A DNA stretch of 64,000 nucleotides from Catajapyx aquilonaris (lineage: Eukaryota). The stretch spans positions 1 through 64,000 of the forward strand of contig JYFJ02001285.1 in the NCBI GenBank assembly GCA_000934665.2, written 5' to 3'. Below the pieces are notes generated by a model that saw nothing but the letters and a program-made list of their open reading frames with translations, was not told the DNA's origin and ran no database searches. The position numbers and the translations under genes were made by a program. Position 1 is the stretch's first letter. Every line of letters begins with the position of its first letter. This document shows, piece after piece, positions 62,433 through 64,000 of the stretch.

Positions 62433-64000
62433 ATGACATCACTTGGTCGGCTACTATGGGTAGCAGCCACTATAAGTGGTCTTCTACATTCAACCCATGG
62501 CCATGCTAGTGGAGCACCCAGCTCAGTGTGTGGGACCATGACTCCCAAGCACACTGGAACAAAGGCGCAGTTATCACTCTCACCATTTGAAGTAGGCGTA
62601 CCTGTGTCAACAGTGCAAGCAGGAGGAAGAATGACTGTGATCATAAGGAGCAAGCAGGGCATTCCATTCAAAGGATTTCTGCTGGAAGCCAGAGATGTTG
62701 CGAGACAAAACTCTACTGTTGGCACGTTTGTCATCAAGGACCCAGCCGTTAGCCAGCTTGTCAGTTGTGGAGGTGTCTCTGATGTAAGTAGGCCTATTAA
62801 GACATATTAAGAGAGGTTAATAGCATATTTAACCGTACAACTCTTTCAGACTGGTGTGACACACAGGAACAGCAATGATAAGACTAGTGTGAGTGTGGAC
62901 TGGGTAGCACCATTGGATTTCACAGGAGAAGTTCATTTCTGGTAAGTTCATCTATTCATTGGACAGTCCCCACAATGTTAACTGATGTCTTTGACAACAG
63001 GGCAACGTTTGTGAGGGATTATGACACATACTGGACCAATCAAACATCCCAAGCAGTGAGTGTCACTGGAGGACAAGCACCATCTGGAAATATGGCGATA
63101 TACAACTCCTGCGGCCAGGGGAAAGCTTGCCTTGGACTTCCAAGTGGTTGCGTTGAGAGGAAAGATTGTCAGTTGGTTGTGAGCTACGTTATGAGCAATG
63201 GCAAATACATGTTTGAAATGGATGGAAAGAGCAACGGCTATGTTGCAGTTGGCCTCTCCAATGATGATATCATGGTAAGTTCCATCTTGAGATGTACCCA
63301 AGGGTGATGAGACTCAATTCCTTGTGCGACCCTTTGTTAACATTGTCATCTATTACAGGGCAATGACAGTGTTGTTGATTGTGTCCGAGAGGGTGAACAA
63401 GTTAAGGCTTACATGTCATGGAACTTGGGAAAACCAGGCAGGAGAGGAAACAGGCGCCTGCAAAATGTAAGGAATCGAATCACTGGGCTATTATTGTACG
63501 CTGATGCATAACAACTAATGATATGCATATTTTAATAGCCGCTGCAAGGATTGAGTAATGTTAGAGGCTCATACAAAGATGGAAGGATTTCCTGCAGTTT
63601 TACTAGAGAAGCACAAACTAATGTTGAAGGTCAAGACTTTAATCTGGACACCAAGCCTTACTATTTGATGCTTGCATCTGGTGACTTGGAGGAAGGTGAG
63701 TGTGCCTATGACATGCACAAGACACTTTGTTAAAATTGGTTGCAGGGATAATAATTCTGAACTACTTTTTTAACAGATGGTGCCCTGGATTACCATTATG
63801 CCAACAAAATTGTTACTCCCACTGCATTCTCACTGAGAACTGGTTTGGCTGTCACTGATGGCACTACGGTGAGTCACATGATATATTTAGAGGTGACGGC
63901 AAATCCTGCAGTTAGTACTTGAGATTTCACTGAATATTTGTGATTTTTCAGCCCTTGCCATCTGGTCTCAAATACGATGGCTGTGGCAAGGCTGTGTCTT
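62433..64000 (+). CDS. FRRS1: Ferric-chelate reductase 1-like (SDR2) protein: signal peptide, reeler domain, DOMON domain(s); 3'-truncated by window end
   Basis: Exons 62433-62783, 62850-62941, 63001-63274, 63359-63466, 63539-63695, 63777-63868, 63952->64000. Reeler: GAPSSVCGTMTPKH, PFKGFLLEAR, GVTHRNSNDK, ATFVRDYDTYW; DOMON: YNSCGQGKACLGLPSGC, GYVAVGLSNDDIMGNDSVVDC, ISCSFTR, YYLMLASG, LDYH. Confidence 0.85.

Overview
Eukaryotic (arthropod-like, compact-intron) genomic window, not prokaryotic. Ten spliced protein-coding genes can be reconstructed by hand: a 2-LIM-domain actin-associated protein (LIMA1/Xin-like, +), VCPIP1 (-), PPP1R2/Inhibitor-2 (+), RP2/XRP2 (-), a GT92/DUF23-like type II membrane protein (+), NSFL1C/p47 (-), CWC27 (+), an APD1-4-domain membrane protein (+), a TAL1/SCL-type bHLH (+) and the 5' part of a reeler-DOMON FRRS1-like gene (+, runs off the window). 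Introns and intergenic DNA carry a tRNA-derived SINE with a 12-bp TSD, a tandem array of Helitron-like 5' ends, several MITE-like palindromes and minisatellites. Most notable: (i) an array of phase-0 mini-exons in the LIM gene in which a repeated VSxxxL|[KR]xx[FY] motif is split across introns; (ii) a GC-rich, stop-free 93-nt in-frame intron in p47 whose retention would insert a hydrophobic, membrane-hairpin-like peptide; (iii) a textbook U12-type intron in p47; (iv) close linkage of the p97 partners VCPIP1 and p47 with a PP1 regulator. All gene models were built by eye from splice signals and remembered homologue sequences; no database searches were run.
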